Positions 36,301-48,366 of a stretch of 64,000 nt of DNA are shown here, in pieces. Each line of letters starts with the position of its first letter. Position 1 is the stretch's first letter. Source of the stretch: Eledone cirrhosa. Taxonomy: Eukaryota. The stretch spans positions 23,622,001 to 23,686,000 of the forward strand of contig OZ024745.1 in NCBI GenBank assembly GCA_964016885.1, in the 5' to 3' direction. The notes under the pieces were generated by a model, which searched no databases, was not told where the DNA came from, and worked only from the letters and a program-made list of their open reading frames with translations. Both the position numbers and the translations under genes were made by a program.

Positions 36301-36735
36301 GATCCCGCGAAAAAGATCTGTCCCAGATGCGTGCGCGACGAGGAAACCGTTGCGCATGCACTGGTACACTGCCCGGGCGTTGCCGATCTGTGGGGCTACG
36401 TCGAACGACTGCTGTCGCGTGTGGCGCCGATTCGATTAACCGCCGAGTCTGTGGTGAACATCAAGCCGCCTCCTCCCTTCAGAAATGAAGCAGAGGCGGT
36501 CTTTCTGTGCGTAATAGCCATGATGAAAGAGGTTGTGTGGTGGACGCGCCTGAAAGGTCTGAGGTCGGGTGACTTTCTCTCCGGCCATCACCTGGTTTAC
36601 TTCTTCCGATACCACTTCGGAAGAAGAATCAGGATGGAGAGAGAAGTGCTTGGTCCCAGACAGTTTTATGAAAGGTGGGTGAAAGAAGCGAGAATGGCCC
36701 GTGTAAATGGGCCTTCTCTCTACATTGTTCTGTAG
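33298..36735 (+). CDS. Tx1 element 2 ORF2: APE, RT and CCHC finger; open frame, but ATA at the position of the element 1 ATG
   Basis: All motifs present (GDWN, SDHK, YADD). ata-gat-caa-ttg-aga-gtt aligns with atg-gat-gtg-tta-aga-gta. Confidence 0.92.
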   Translation: MDQLRVGCLNARGLSSAWKQAKLLSDLRSQSIDVMVVCESRISSVRQLAPAFDDFEMHASLCQPGGGGGVAVLLDKRLTLDVQIVHSDPGGRLLVLDVGGGEGGAFRLVGLYAPFGAERADFFQRLETFLGTSRSLLLVGDWNGILDARWDYAGACPDRGGCSSLKGLLDRFDLVDRFRLDCPTAPTWTWANRSGQSRSYLDRFLVRSKDRDVFSCPELIMVGYSDHKLVTCVVNLDRTHRQGPGYWKMNLSLPTKKDYRNRISSLVKMRLTGAIVNSRWWISLKREIRVSSIGYSKELAANRNRRERELTDKLEEAIRSGDVARVLATRTALSQFFDAKHEGCVVRSKIRALGNEGTKAVSWARVTEAKSGIKSTIRSLRDQDGRVILEPERMCETFQRHFARLFGGGGGPDGDVDFGPYLDGLPRLSSGEAECCEGPITATEIGEALSQCSRRKSPGLDGLPYELYLAMPVLFSELLEAVYCNWQQNGRIPCSVTKGVVTLVRKDESKGDDLSNFRPITLLNAELQILAKVLAKRLALVVGGLVGDAQTCTIPSRSIHDNLHLMRYIIERVGYEPGFGGALINLDQSKAFDRVDHGYLDAVLAAAGFGPVFRGWISAMHSGNIYSRIKVNGYLSEPFQITRSIRQGCPLSSLLYVLTLEPLLRKLELLRGIPLEPGLHKVVSAYADDVTVMVADASEIGAIATLLEEYERLTGAKLNQDKSVGLQLGTWRGKPMPLDGVVGRWTEGPVKLLGVWFGPDLQVEKNWGEVTSRVFALTQKWAKCKLSLKGRAEVTNAYIASVIYYRLTVVPCPKEKLTIMERMLFQFLWKKRPPMVRRSICCQHPSKGGLGMPWLLMRRHALRLRHLQVFLNGQPVWAPFVRRAFPQLVSLTELQSWVKQRPRKLGNWHTECAQALTAIWQADPTVSGESTSTFYRGLVASRGDDTLGESLGMEEDELASLFGRTFGPGPMDNFQRSLAWQCYRGALPVREKLYRHGRPGRDPAKKICPRCVRDEETVAHALVHCPGVADLWGYVERLLSRVAPIRLTAESVVNIKPPPPFRNEAEAVFLCVIAMMKEVVWWTRLKGLRSGDFLSGHHLVYFFRYHFGRRIRMEREVLGPRQFYERWVKEARMARVNGPSLYIVL

Positions 36736-37047
36736 GTGAAGAAGTGAAGAGGAAAGGGGGAGCGCCTCCTCTCTGGGCTTCCCCCGCGAAAAGAGTTGCA
36801 CACTTTTCGGGGGTATGTGCAATCCCCAACACGCCCCCTCCCTTTTGAGGACTTTTTATTGTTATATTATTATTGTTATTCCTTTTTCTTTACTCGATTT
36901 ATGTAAACTCCCCCACTGTGTAAATGTCCCCTTCTTTTGTGCCCTCGTGGCAAATAAATAGAAATTTATCTATCTATATCCCCCTCTTATTATTAAAAAG
37001 AAAGTTATCTATCTATCTATATCCCCCTCTTATTATTTCTCATTCAT

Positions 37048-37162
37048 TATTTCAAATCCCGCCGAGGTTGACTTTGCCTTTCATCCTTACGGGGTCGATA
37101 AAATAAAGTACCAGTAATGCACTGGGTAATTGCTGGCTTTGTGCCAAAAGTAGAAACATTTA
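37048..37162 (+). mobile_element. 5'-truncated family A SINE
   Basis: 'ttcaaatcccgccgaggttgactttgcc...agtagaaac'. Confidence 0.8.
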
Positions 37163-37231
37163 TTTCTCATTCTGTCCCTCTCACTTCGCACACACTTTGT
37201 CTCAAACTGACGACAGTTTTCTATTTACAGG

Positions 37232-37404
37232 ACCAACACCACCACCACCATGCTACCATCGCACCACCACCAACACCACCACCACCACCATACTACCATC
37301 GCCACCACCACCACCACCACCACCTTCATCACCACCACCGCCACTATCATCATTCTCACGACAGTCACCCCCACTACCACCACCACCACCTCCACCACCA
37401 CAAC

Positions 37405-37455
<51 letters not shown>

Positions 37456-38488
37456 TATCATCATCATCATCATCATCTTTATCGTCGTCGTTATCATTAT
37501 CAAAGAAATCATTATTATCCGTTGTCATTGGCCTCACTACCACCACCGCCACCATTATCATTCTCACCACCACCGCCACCACCACTACTACCACCATCAC
37601 TATCACCATCGCCATACTACCATCGCCACCACCACCAGCACCACCACCACCACCACTACTACCAACATCACTACTACCACCACCATCGCCACCATACTAC
37701 CATCGCCACCTCCACCACCATACCACCATCGTCACCTCCACCACCACCACCACCACCACCACCACCAACACCATACTACCATCGCCAACACAACCACCAT
37801 CACCACTACCACCATCATACTATGGTAGTGGGGGTGATGGTGGTGAGAATGATAATGGTGGTGGTGGTGGTTAGGTGGGGTGACCGTGGTGAGAATGATG
37901 ATGAGGGTGGTGGTGTAGATGGTAGTGGGGGTGACGGTGGTGAGAATGATGATGGTGGTGGTGGTGGTGGTGGTGGTGGTGGTGGTGGCGATGGTAGTGG
38001 GGGTGACGGTGGTGGGGGGTGGGGGTGGGGGTGACGGTGGTGAGAATGATGATGGTGGTGGTGGTGGTGGTGGTGGTGGTGGTGGTGGCGATGGTAGTGG
38101 GGGTGACGGTGGTGAGAATGATGATGGTGGTGGTAGCGGGGGTGACGCTGGTGAGAATGATGATGATGGTGGTGGTGGTGGTGGTGGTGGTGGTGGTGGT
38201 GGCGATGGTAGTGGGGGTGACGGTGGTGAGAATGATGATGGTGGTGGTAGCGGGGGTGACGCTGGTGAGAATGATGATGATGGTGGTGGTGGTGGGGGTG
38301 ACGGTGGTGAGAATGATGATGGTGGTAGTGGTGGTGGTAGCGGAGGTGACGCTGGTGAGAATGATGGTGGTGGTGGTGGTGGTGGAGGTGGTGGTGGTGG
38401 TGAGAATGATGGTGGTGGTGGTGGTGGTGGTGGTGGTGGTGGTGGGGGTGACGCTGGTGAGAATGATGGTGGTGGTGGTGGTGATGAT
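37232..38488. repeat. Compound (CCA)n/(CAT)n array that switches to (GGT)n at ~37822, with a ~66-bp higher-order unit
   Basis: 'attctcaccaccaccgccacc' on the left is mirrored by repeated 'ggtgacggtggtgagaatgatg' on the right. Confidence 0.9.
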
Positions 38489-38588
38489 CAAAAGATCACC
38501 TCAAACATCACAACGCGACAAAGTTCGTTTCATGATTGCAACACCAAAGACATAATCACTAACAGCCATTATATCCCACACACACACA

Positions 38589-38668
<80 letters not shown>

Positions 38669-39272
38669 AACACACACACACAGACACACCCACCCACACA
38701 CACACACAAACACACACACACAGACACACCCACACAACACAGACACCTACACAGACAGACACACACACACACACAGACACACACACCCACACACACATAC
38801 ACACACAAACACACAGACACACACACCCACACACACACACAAACACACACACACAGACACACCCACCCACACCCACACAGAAACACACACACACAGACAC
38901 ACCCACACAACACAGACACCCACACAGACAGACACACACACACACACAAACACACACACCCACACACGCAAACACCCACACACCCACCCACACACACACA
39001 TACACATGCACATACACACACACACAGGACCCACACACCCACACACCCACACTCACACCTACACACACAAACACACATACACGCAATTATACACCATTCA
39101 CATAGTCATATGAAAACACGGAAAATTGAGCGCGCACAAAACTGACATAGGCACATACACACACATATATACATACACACACATAAATATGCACACACAT
39201 TCATTCCAAATTTGCACACACGCACGCATTCAAACACACATACACACACACATAAATATACACATATTCACA

Positions 39273-39445
39273 TAATTGTTTCTACTTTTGGCACAAGGCC
39301 AGCAATTATCTCAGTGCATTACTGGTACTTTATTTTATCGACCCGTAAGGATGAAAGGCAAAGTTAACCTCGACGGGATTTGAACTCAGATCATAAAGGG
39401 CCGTAACTCTATGCTACAAAGCATGGCGTCCGACCCTCTACCGAG
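39273..39445 (-). mobile_element. tRNA-derived SINE family A
   Basis: Reverse-complement match. Confidence 0.85.
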
Positions 39446-39566
39446 CCACACACACTCACACGTCTTTAAGCTCTCACAAATATGCACTAATTTACATATA
39501 CACAGAGACAGATAAATACATACACACATGTGTGTGTGTGTGTGTGTGTCACACACATACACACAT

Positions 39567-39601
<35 letters not shown>

Positions 39602-39602
<1 letters not shown>

Positions 39603-39913
39603 CAAGTAAGAATATTTTCGAAACACCGAGTTGGTTTGAAATTATTAGAAATGTAAGCTATCGCCGTATTTTGACTAAAGAAATAAAAGAAATTATTTAG
39701 CCTGATAGTGGGGTTAAGAACCCCCGGAGAAATGTAAAAAGATGAGTATTGACGTACATGGGAGTCGAACCCACATCTTTGGTTAATTAAAGATGTGGGT
39801 TCCACTCCCATGTACGTCAATACTCATCTTTTTCCATTTCTCCGAGGGGTCTTAACCCCACTATCAGGCTAAATAATTTCTTTAGCCAAAATACGGCGAT
39901 AGCTAACATTTCT

Positions 39914-39918
<5 letters not shown>
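39602..39918 (-). mobile_element. Fold-back (inverted arm + tail) element in (TA)n with a tRNA T-arm-like motif
   Basis: 39642-39780 pairs with 39789-39918, with a ~40-nt tail at 39602-39641. Minus strand reads 'gtgggttcgactcccat'. Confidence 0.7.
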
Positions 39919-39963
<45 letters not shown>

Positions 39964-39964
39964 G

Positions 39965-40012
<48 letters not shown>

Positions 40013-40473
40013 CACACGCACACACACACATATATATATACACACACACACATAACTTCACTACACCCCCGGCTGTCACACATTCAATGGTTTAAAGCAT
40101 TATAACGTTCATATTGGTGTGGCTGTTCCTCTCTCACTTCCTGTTTCTCCTGGCATCATCATCATCATCATCATCATCATCGTCATTATCGTCATCGTCA
40201 TCGTCGTCATCATCATCATCGTCATCATCGTCATCATCAGCATCGTCGTAGTCGTCATAATCTTCCTTATCATTAACACCAACATCATCATCATCAACAA
40301 CATCGCCATCATAACCATCATCATCATCGCCATCATCATCACCATCATCACCATCAGCAACAACAGCTTCCACCGTCCCATTATCATAATTCCGTCGCTG
40401 TATCGACATAACCTTTATATTGGTCGTCATAATTTACCTCCTCCCCCTCCCCTCCTCCTCCACCACCCTCCTT

Positions 40474-41192
40474 CACCACCACCACCACCACCACCACCAC
40501 CCTCCTTCACCACCACCATCACCACCACCACCACCACCACCACCACCACCACCACCACCACCACCACCACCACCACGACCCTCCTTCACCACCACCACCA
40601 CCACCACCACCACCACCACCACCACCACCACCACCACCACCACTACCACCACCACCACCACACCACCACCACCACCACCACCACCACCACCACCACCACC
40701 ACCACGACCACCACCACCACCACCACCACCACCACCACCACCACCACCACCACCACCACGACCACCACCACCACCACCACCACCACCACGACGACGACGA
40801 CCACCACCACCACCACCACCACCACCACCACCACCACCACCACCACCACCACCACCACCACCACCACCACGACCACCACCACCACCACCACCACCACCAC
40901 CACCACCACCACCACCACGACCACCACCACCACCACCACCACCACCACCACCACCACCACCACCACCACCACCACCACCACGACCACCACCACCACCACC
41001 ACCACCACCACGACGACGACGACCACCACCACCACCACCACCACCACCACCACCACCACCACCACCACCACCACCACCACCACCACCACCACGACCACCA
41101 CCACCACCACCACCACCACCACCACCACCACCACCACCACCACCACCACCACCACCACCACCACCACCACCACCATCACCACCACCACCACC
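40474..41192. repeat. (CCA)n with CGA interruptions
   Basis: Directly visible. Confidence 0.97.
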
Positions 41193-41279
41193 ATTCTTCT
41201 ACTTTCAACTATTATCCTCTTTCGTTATTATCTCTGTTTACTTAAAGCCTTTTTGGCTCCTGTTCATAATCGTTGCAGT

Positions 41280-41288
41280 TACCACAAA

Positions 41289-41339
<51 letters not shown>

Positions 41340-41345
41340 CACAAA

Positions 41346-41405
<60 letters not shown>

Positions 41406-41411
41406 CACAAA

Positions 41412-41462
<51 letters not shown>

Positions 41463-41468
41463 CACAAA

Positions 41469-41516
<48 letters not shown>

Positions 41517-41545
41517 CACAAATACTACTACTACTACTACTACTC

Positions 41546-41579
<34 letters not shown>

Positions 41580-41585
41580 CACAAA

Positions 41586-41639
<54 letters not shown>

Positions 41640-41645
41640 CACAAA

Positions 41646-41701
<56 letters not shown>

Positions 41702-41720
41702 TTACTACTACTACCACAAA

Positions 41721-41783
<63 letters not shown>
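41280..41783. repeat. Higher-order repeat [TACCACAAA(TAC)n] x9
   Basis: CACAAA interrupts (TAC)n about every 55-75 bp. Confidence 0.93.
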
Positions 41784-41810
41784 AGCCCTATATGTATGTG
41801 TGTGTGTGTT

Positions 41811-41847
<37 letters not shown>

Positions 41848-42118
41848 GTGTGTGTGTGTATATACATATATATACATATGTATGGGTTATATCGAACATT
41901 AAGAATAATGTTCGATTCATTTGTAAATAAACGGCCCTCTTTGAAGCTGTGTCGGTGATCGATCGTCACCTGTGTCGGTGATCGATCGTCACCTGTTTGT
42001 TCAACACTGGCTTAAGAAAATACAACTGGAGTCTTTAACAATATTTATTTACTTAACCAGTTTCACAGTTCTTATATTCTTGTGTTTTTGTTGTGGTTTG
42101 TTTGCATATTTACATACA

Positions 42119-42265
<147 letters not shown>

Positions 42266-42654
42266 CGCATTGAGTTACAATTCACACCGTTTGAGGCAAA
42301 AGAACGAAATGCCTGTCGATGAAGTGAGTCCCATGTTCGATCATGGAATACCACAAGCTTATGTGTTACGTAAGTTGGATTGATGATTTCGAATTCATAG
42401 AAACATATCGGATGTATTGCAGAATATCGTCCGATATGTCCAGGTCTATTGTTTTAACCTGATTAGTTCTTTCGTTGTTTTGGTATTTTGTGGTTGGGCT
42501 TTGCCTACCGCAATTTTCAATTTGTCAAGCTATTTAAACGTAATGTTATTACTCTAAGGACATACCCTTATTGAGTGCTTTGCTACTCATTCCTTATTGT
42601 AGGTCGACTTTGCTTGGCCACAGCCAAAGCTTCGATTTTACTAAGCTTCCACTG

Positions 42655-42735
<81 letters not shown>

Positions 42736-42738
<3 letters not shown>

Positions 42739-43304
42739 AAATAACGGAGCAAAGGACTCGCGTATAATCCTGTAATTAAATGAGCTCAAAGGAAAGAGTT
42801 TTCCTGTGGACTTTAAAATACAATATATAGAGGGGAAAGACACAGAAGAGTGTGTTTTTCTTTACAGGAATTTCAAACCACCAGCGTGAAGAGAATATAA
42901 TCTAACAGAGGCATAGGAAACACATTAAAATTAAAAGTATAAATTAAAATAAGAAACCAACCTCACCTAAATCACACATGTACACACTCACCAGGAGAAT
43001 GTTTCGCCATTTTAGTGGGTTCCAATTCAGCCCTGTGGGTCATCAGCATGTAGAAGGCCGATATTGTCCGCACTACTAGAGAGAACTAAACTAAACTACC
43101 TTTCGCGCGTGTAGACATAAGGGAAATGCGTGCGCGGGGCAGTAATCGGTGGCATGAACAGAACAAGCTGCTAGAAATAGCAGCCTATACTATTCAATTT
43201 ATGGTGCTCAACAGCAGAGAGAGAGCGCGCGCAAGGAGCAAATATCAAGTAAAATAACGGAGCAAAGGACTCGCGTATAATCCTGTAATTAAATGAGGTG
43301 AAAG

Positions 43305-43307
<3 letters not shown>
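42736..43307 (-). mobile_element. ~510-bp element with ~58-bp direct repeats and a degenerate hammerhead (PLE pLTR or retrozyme-like)
   Basis: Repeats at 42736-42794 and 43248-43307. The antisense signature 'gtttcg...tcatcag' lies at 43001-43046. Confidence 0.6.
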
Positions 43308-43358
<51 letters not shown>

Positions 43359-43577
43359 AGTTCAGGCATGGAGGAGGCCAAAGTCAGTTTTTCTCCTTTT
43401 TGTTGTTTTCTATATCTCTCTTTCTATACACTTTTTGAGATCACATGAAGAACCCAGTGAAGAAGTCCTTTATAACAACCAGGTACTCGGTTTTGGTGTC
43501 CCAGAGATACTCTCCATCGTCATATTGTTGTTCTTCTTGTTTCATTTCCTTTACTATTTGTCGAATTGTGTTCGTTC

Positions 43578-43622
<45 letters not shown>

Positions 43623-43697
43623 CTTACATTGCCCATGGAGGACGCTGAGATACAACCGGTCCTGGCATTGATAAATATGGTGGGTCCGTCAACTCCG

Positions 43698-44296
<599 letters not shown>

Positions 44297-44299
44297 CAA

Positions 44300-44332
<33 letters not shown>

Positions 44333-44678
44333 CATAAATACTCACACACACACACATATATATATGTATGTATAAATATTTATATACATACATATATATA
44401 TATATACACCCATATTTATACATATATATGTGTGTGTGTTATAGCACCGAACAACATGTACAGTTAATTATAGGTGTGTATATAAGATAAAACTAATGTT
44501 TTTATTTTTTATTTTTTCAGTCGGCGCCATGAGACCCTTGACAGTCGTAAACAAACAAATATGTCTGTTGCTATATATTACTGAATGGGGGTGATGGGGT
44601 GACTTGACTTGTGTTCGAACCTACTTTAAATCACTTCAGGCATAACACTCCAGAAACGTTCTACCTCTATCGTTCACG

Positions 44679-44777
<99 letters not shown>

Positions 44778-44807
44778 GTAGACTATTATATATTTTATAT
44801 ATTATGC

Positions 44808-44847
<40 letters not shown>

Positions 44848-44894
44848 TATAGACTATTATATTTTCTATATATTATACATATTGTATATATATA

Positions 44895-45015
<121 letters not shown>

Positions 45016-45042
45016 ATATTATACATATTATATATATATATG

Positions 45043-45077
<35 letters not shown>

Positions 45078-45191
45078 AGGAAGTTATAGTTCACTTGAAG
45101 CATTGTGTAATGAGGTATAAAACGTTTATATATATATATAGTACCTATTTATATAGTACCTATATATATATATATATATGTACTAATTTAA

Positions 45192-45222
<31 letters not shown>

Positions 45223-46061
45223 CTAATTTAAATATTGTTTGATGATGATCGAAATGAAGATGACCACGACAACCATCACGATAACGACGATGATGGTCGA
45301 TGATGATGATGATGATGGTGGTGTTTGTGTTGGTGATGATGATGATGACCTTACTGCTGAAGATGATAATAACCATGCCAATGACAATGTCTAATTAAAG
45401 TGTCGGTTGTCCTCTTAGTGATGATGGTGATGGTGATGATTCTGATGAACTAATGTATTAATGGCGTCGCTGCTCCTGTTGTTTTTGTTGTTGCTGTTGC
45501 TGTTGTTGTTGTTGTTTATCTCTACGTCAGACCTAATCAAGCAGACCTTTGTTCAGATGTTATTTTTTAAAACGATATGTAGTGTCACACGTTAATCAAT
45601 ATGTTGCTCTGTTTTTGTGACGGTAAGATATTTTACAAGTAGATATATATATTGTAGCTAACATCAAATACTCAATATCCTGACCATTTTTAAAAAAAAT
45701 ATATATGAATTATTTAAAGATTTCCCACCACCTCCTATAGACGTGTTCTTCAATATAGTTTTTATTGTTGCAGCCGTGGGGCTATATAAGTATTTCTTAT
45801 TTCTCAAATATATGTAAAAAATATATTTTAAGATATATATTTTTCTTCTTCTTATCAGAACTTCTGAGAACGATTGGAATAGAGAATCTTCCAAACCCAG
45901 CGTTAATCAATTTCCAATTGTTGAATAGTTTACAGACGGCGATTATCAGAGTGTAAGACAGATCGATAAAAACTGAAGTCTTCTAATGAAGTTCTTTAGG
46001 TACGTGTAGATTAAAATCAATATATATATGTATAATTGTATGCACACACACAAACACACAC

Positions 46062-46149
<88 letters not shown>

Positions 46150-46412
46150 GGAAAAAATGAAACGAAATTTCATTTCCCACTCTTAGTACGGCTGTTACTT
46201 AAATATAAGTATGTATACGTACATACATATATGTATACAGACGCACAATAGTATGTATATATATATATACATACATGCACACATATATACATGTACGTAT
46301 GTATTCACCGAACATTTATTATAATGCCCGGTGTGTTTGTAAACAAACATCCCGTATTAAGCCGTAGTGTCTAGCAACCATCGTTGCTCGTTTGTTCAAC
46401 ACTGACAAAGGA

Positions 46413-46455
46413 ACGCTGTACTAATTTCAAGCTTATTAGCTATCGTCAGCAACGT
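46413..46455 (-). ncRNA. Minimal type I hammerhead (array unit 1; GAAAU variant)
   Basis: acgttg-CUGACGA-tagctaataagctt-GAAAU-ta-GUA-cagcgt. Confidence 0.7.
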
Positions 46456-46840
46456 ATACCTTCCTGCCAGATGATTGAACGTCTGAAAGTATATACTTTC
46501 CTTGTGCATATTAACGGCTGAGCAGCCTAATTTGCACATCGAGTGGGTTAATCGGCCGGGTGCACCGAAAACGATAAACGGAAAAAATGAAACGAAATTT
46601 CAATTCCCACTCTTAGTACGGCTGTTACTTAAATATAAGTATGTATACGTACATACATATATGTATACAGACGTACAATAGTATGTATATATATATACAT
46701 ACATGCACACATATATATATGTACGTATGTATTCACCGAACATTTATTATAATGGTCGGTGTGTTTGTAAACAAACATCCCGTATTAAGCCGTAGTGTCT
46801 AGCAACCATCGTTGTTCGTTTGTTCAACACTGACAAAGGA

Positions 46841-46883
46841 ACGTTGTACTCGTTTCAAGCTTATTAGCTATCGTCAGCAACGT
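46841..46883 (-). ncRNA. Minimal type I hammerhead (array unit 2)
   Basis: acgttg-CUGACGA-...-GAAAC-ga-GUA-caacgt. Confidence 0.75.
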
Positions 46884-47123
46884 ATACCTTCCTGCCAGAT
46901 GATTGAACGTTTGAAAGTATATACTTTCCTTATGCATATTAACGGCTGAGTAACAGCCGTACTAAGAGTGGGAAATGAAATTTCGTTTCATTTTTTTTTG
47001 TTTATCGCTTTCGGTGCACCCGGCCAATTAACCCACTCGATGTGCAAATTAGGCTGCTCAGCCGTTAATATGCATAAGGAAAGTATATACTTTCAGACGT
47101 TCAATCATCTGGCAGGAAGGTAT

Positions 47124-47166
47124 ACGTTGCTGACGATAGCTAATAAGCTTGAAACTAGTACAGCGT
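47124..47166 (+). ncRNA. Minimal type I hammerhead (array unit 3)
   Basis: acgttg-CUGACGA-tagctaataagctt-GAAAC-ta-GUA-cagcgt, with palindromic ACTAGT stem III. Confidence 0.82.
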
Positions 47167-47557
47167 TCCTTTGTCAGTGTTGAACAAACGAGCAACGATG
47201 GTTGCTAGACACTAAGGCTTAATACGAGATGTTTGTTTACAAACACACCGAGCATTATAATAAATGTTCGGTGAATACATACGTACATATATATATATAT
47301 ATGTGTGCATGTATGTATCTATATATACATACTATTGTACGTCTGTATACATATATGTATGTACGTATACATACTTATATTTAAGTAACAGCCGTACTAA
47401 GAGTGGGAAATGAAATTTCGTTTCATTTTTTCCGTTTATCGTTTTCGGTGCACCTGACCGATTAACCCACTCGATGTACGAATTAGGCTGCTCAGCCGTT
47501 AATATGCATAAGGAAAGTATATACTTTCAGACGTTCAATCATCTGGCAGGAAGGTAT

Positions 47558-47600
47558 ACGTTGCTGACGATAGCTAATAAGCTTGAAACTAGTACAGCGT
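47558..47600 (+). ncRNA. Minimal type I hammerhead (array unit 4)
   Basis: Identical to unit 3, 434 nt downstream. Confidence 0.82.
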
Positions 47601-47786
47601 TCCTTTGTCAGTGTTAAAAAAACGAGCAACGATGGTTGCTAGACACTACGGCTTAATACAAACACACCGAGCATTATAATAAATGTTCGGTGAATACATA
47701 CGTACATATATATATGTGTGCATGTATGTATATATATATACATACTATTGTACGTCTGTATACATATATGTATGTACGTATACATA

Positions 47787-47865
<79 letters not shown>

Positions 47866-47870
<5 letters not shown>

Positions 47871-48366
47871 TAGAATTAATAATAGAAATTTAAAACCTAA
47901 CCAAAATACCACTAATAACCCAAGCAATATCCAATTTGATAAATGTAACTGTAGAAATAAATCTAACTGTCCGTTAAATAACAATTGCTCAGCTAAAAAT
48001 ATAGTATATAATTGTAAAGTAAAAACTAATTTAAATTCATTTAATTATGTGCGATCCACTTCCACAGAGTTTAAATCCCGCTTCAATAATCATAAAAATT
48101 CTTTTACAGATCCAAACAAGAAATCTTCAACTTCTCTATCTAGCCTATTATGGGACCTCAAACTAAAGAACGTTGAATATTCGTTGATTTGGAATATTAT
48201 TTCATAAGCTACTCCTTTTAACTCCTCTTCATAAAATTGTGATCTTTGTATAGAGGAAATATTCTTTATATTAAAGACCAAAAATTCCCTGAACTTAAGG
48301 AATAATTTATTCAGTTGCTGTAGACATAGATTAAACTCAAAGTTTAAATATAAATTTAAAATGTAA
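47866..48366 (+). pseudogene. Degraded PLE GIY-YIG endonuclease fragment (CNC..CPL type, Naiad-like)
   Basis: [15 protein letters not shown]...IVYNCKV...[10 protein letters not shown]...SLS..LWDLK...W; continues past stops to CDLC..E...LN.R...CCRH. Confidence 0.85.

Larger units (their letters stand above)
31264..36965 (+). mobile_element. Full-length Tx1/L1-clade non-LTR retrotransposon, element 2 (sister subfamily)
   Basis: Same architecture as element 1 with a different 5' UTR. AATAAA at 36953-36958 is followed by tatctatcta. Confidence 0.95.
46148..47790. mobile_element. Retrozyme-like array: ~430-bp ORF-less units, two on the minus strand and two on the plus strand, inverted at 46950/46951
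   Basis: Unit starts at 46148 and 46578, with one minimal hammerhead per unit. A terminal fragment also occurs at 20441-20482. Confidence 0.85.

Noticed and set aside
26303-36832. Antisense and alternate-frame ORFs inside the Tx1 elements
   Set aside because: They are shadows of the coding frames caused by compositional bias. Similarity between copies is explained by ORF2 conservation.
42376-42445. Hammerhead-like ttgatga...GAAAC-long stem-GUC
   Set aside because: Stem III is good, but stems I and II do not pair convincingly; at best a decayed copy.
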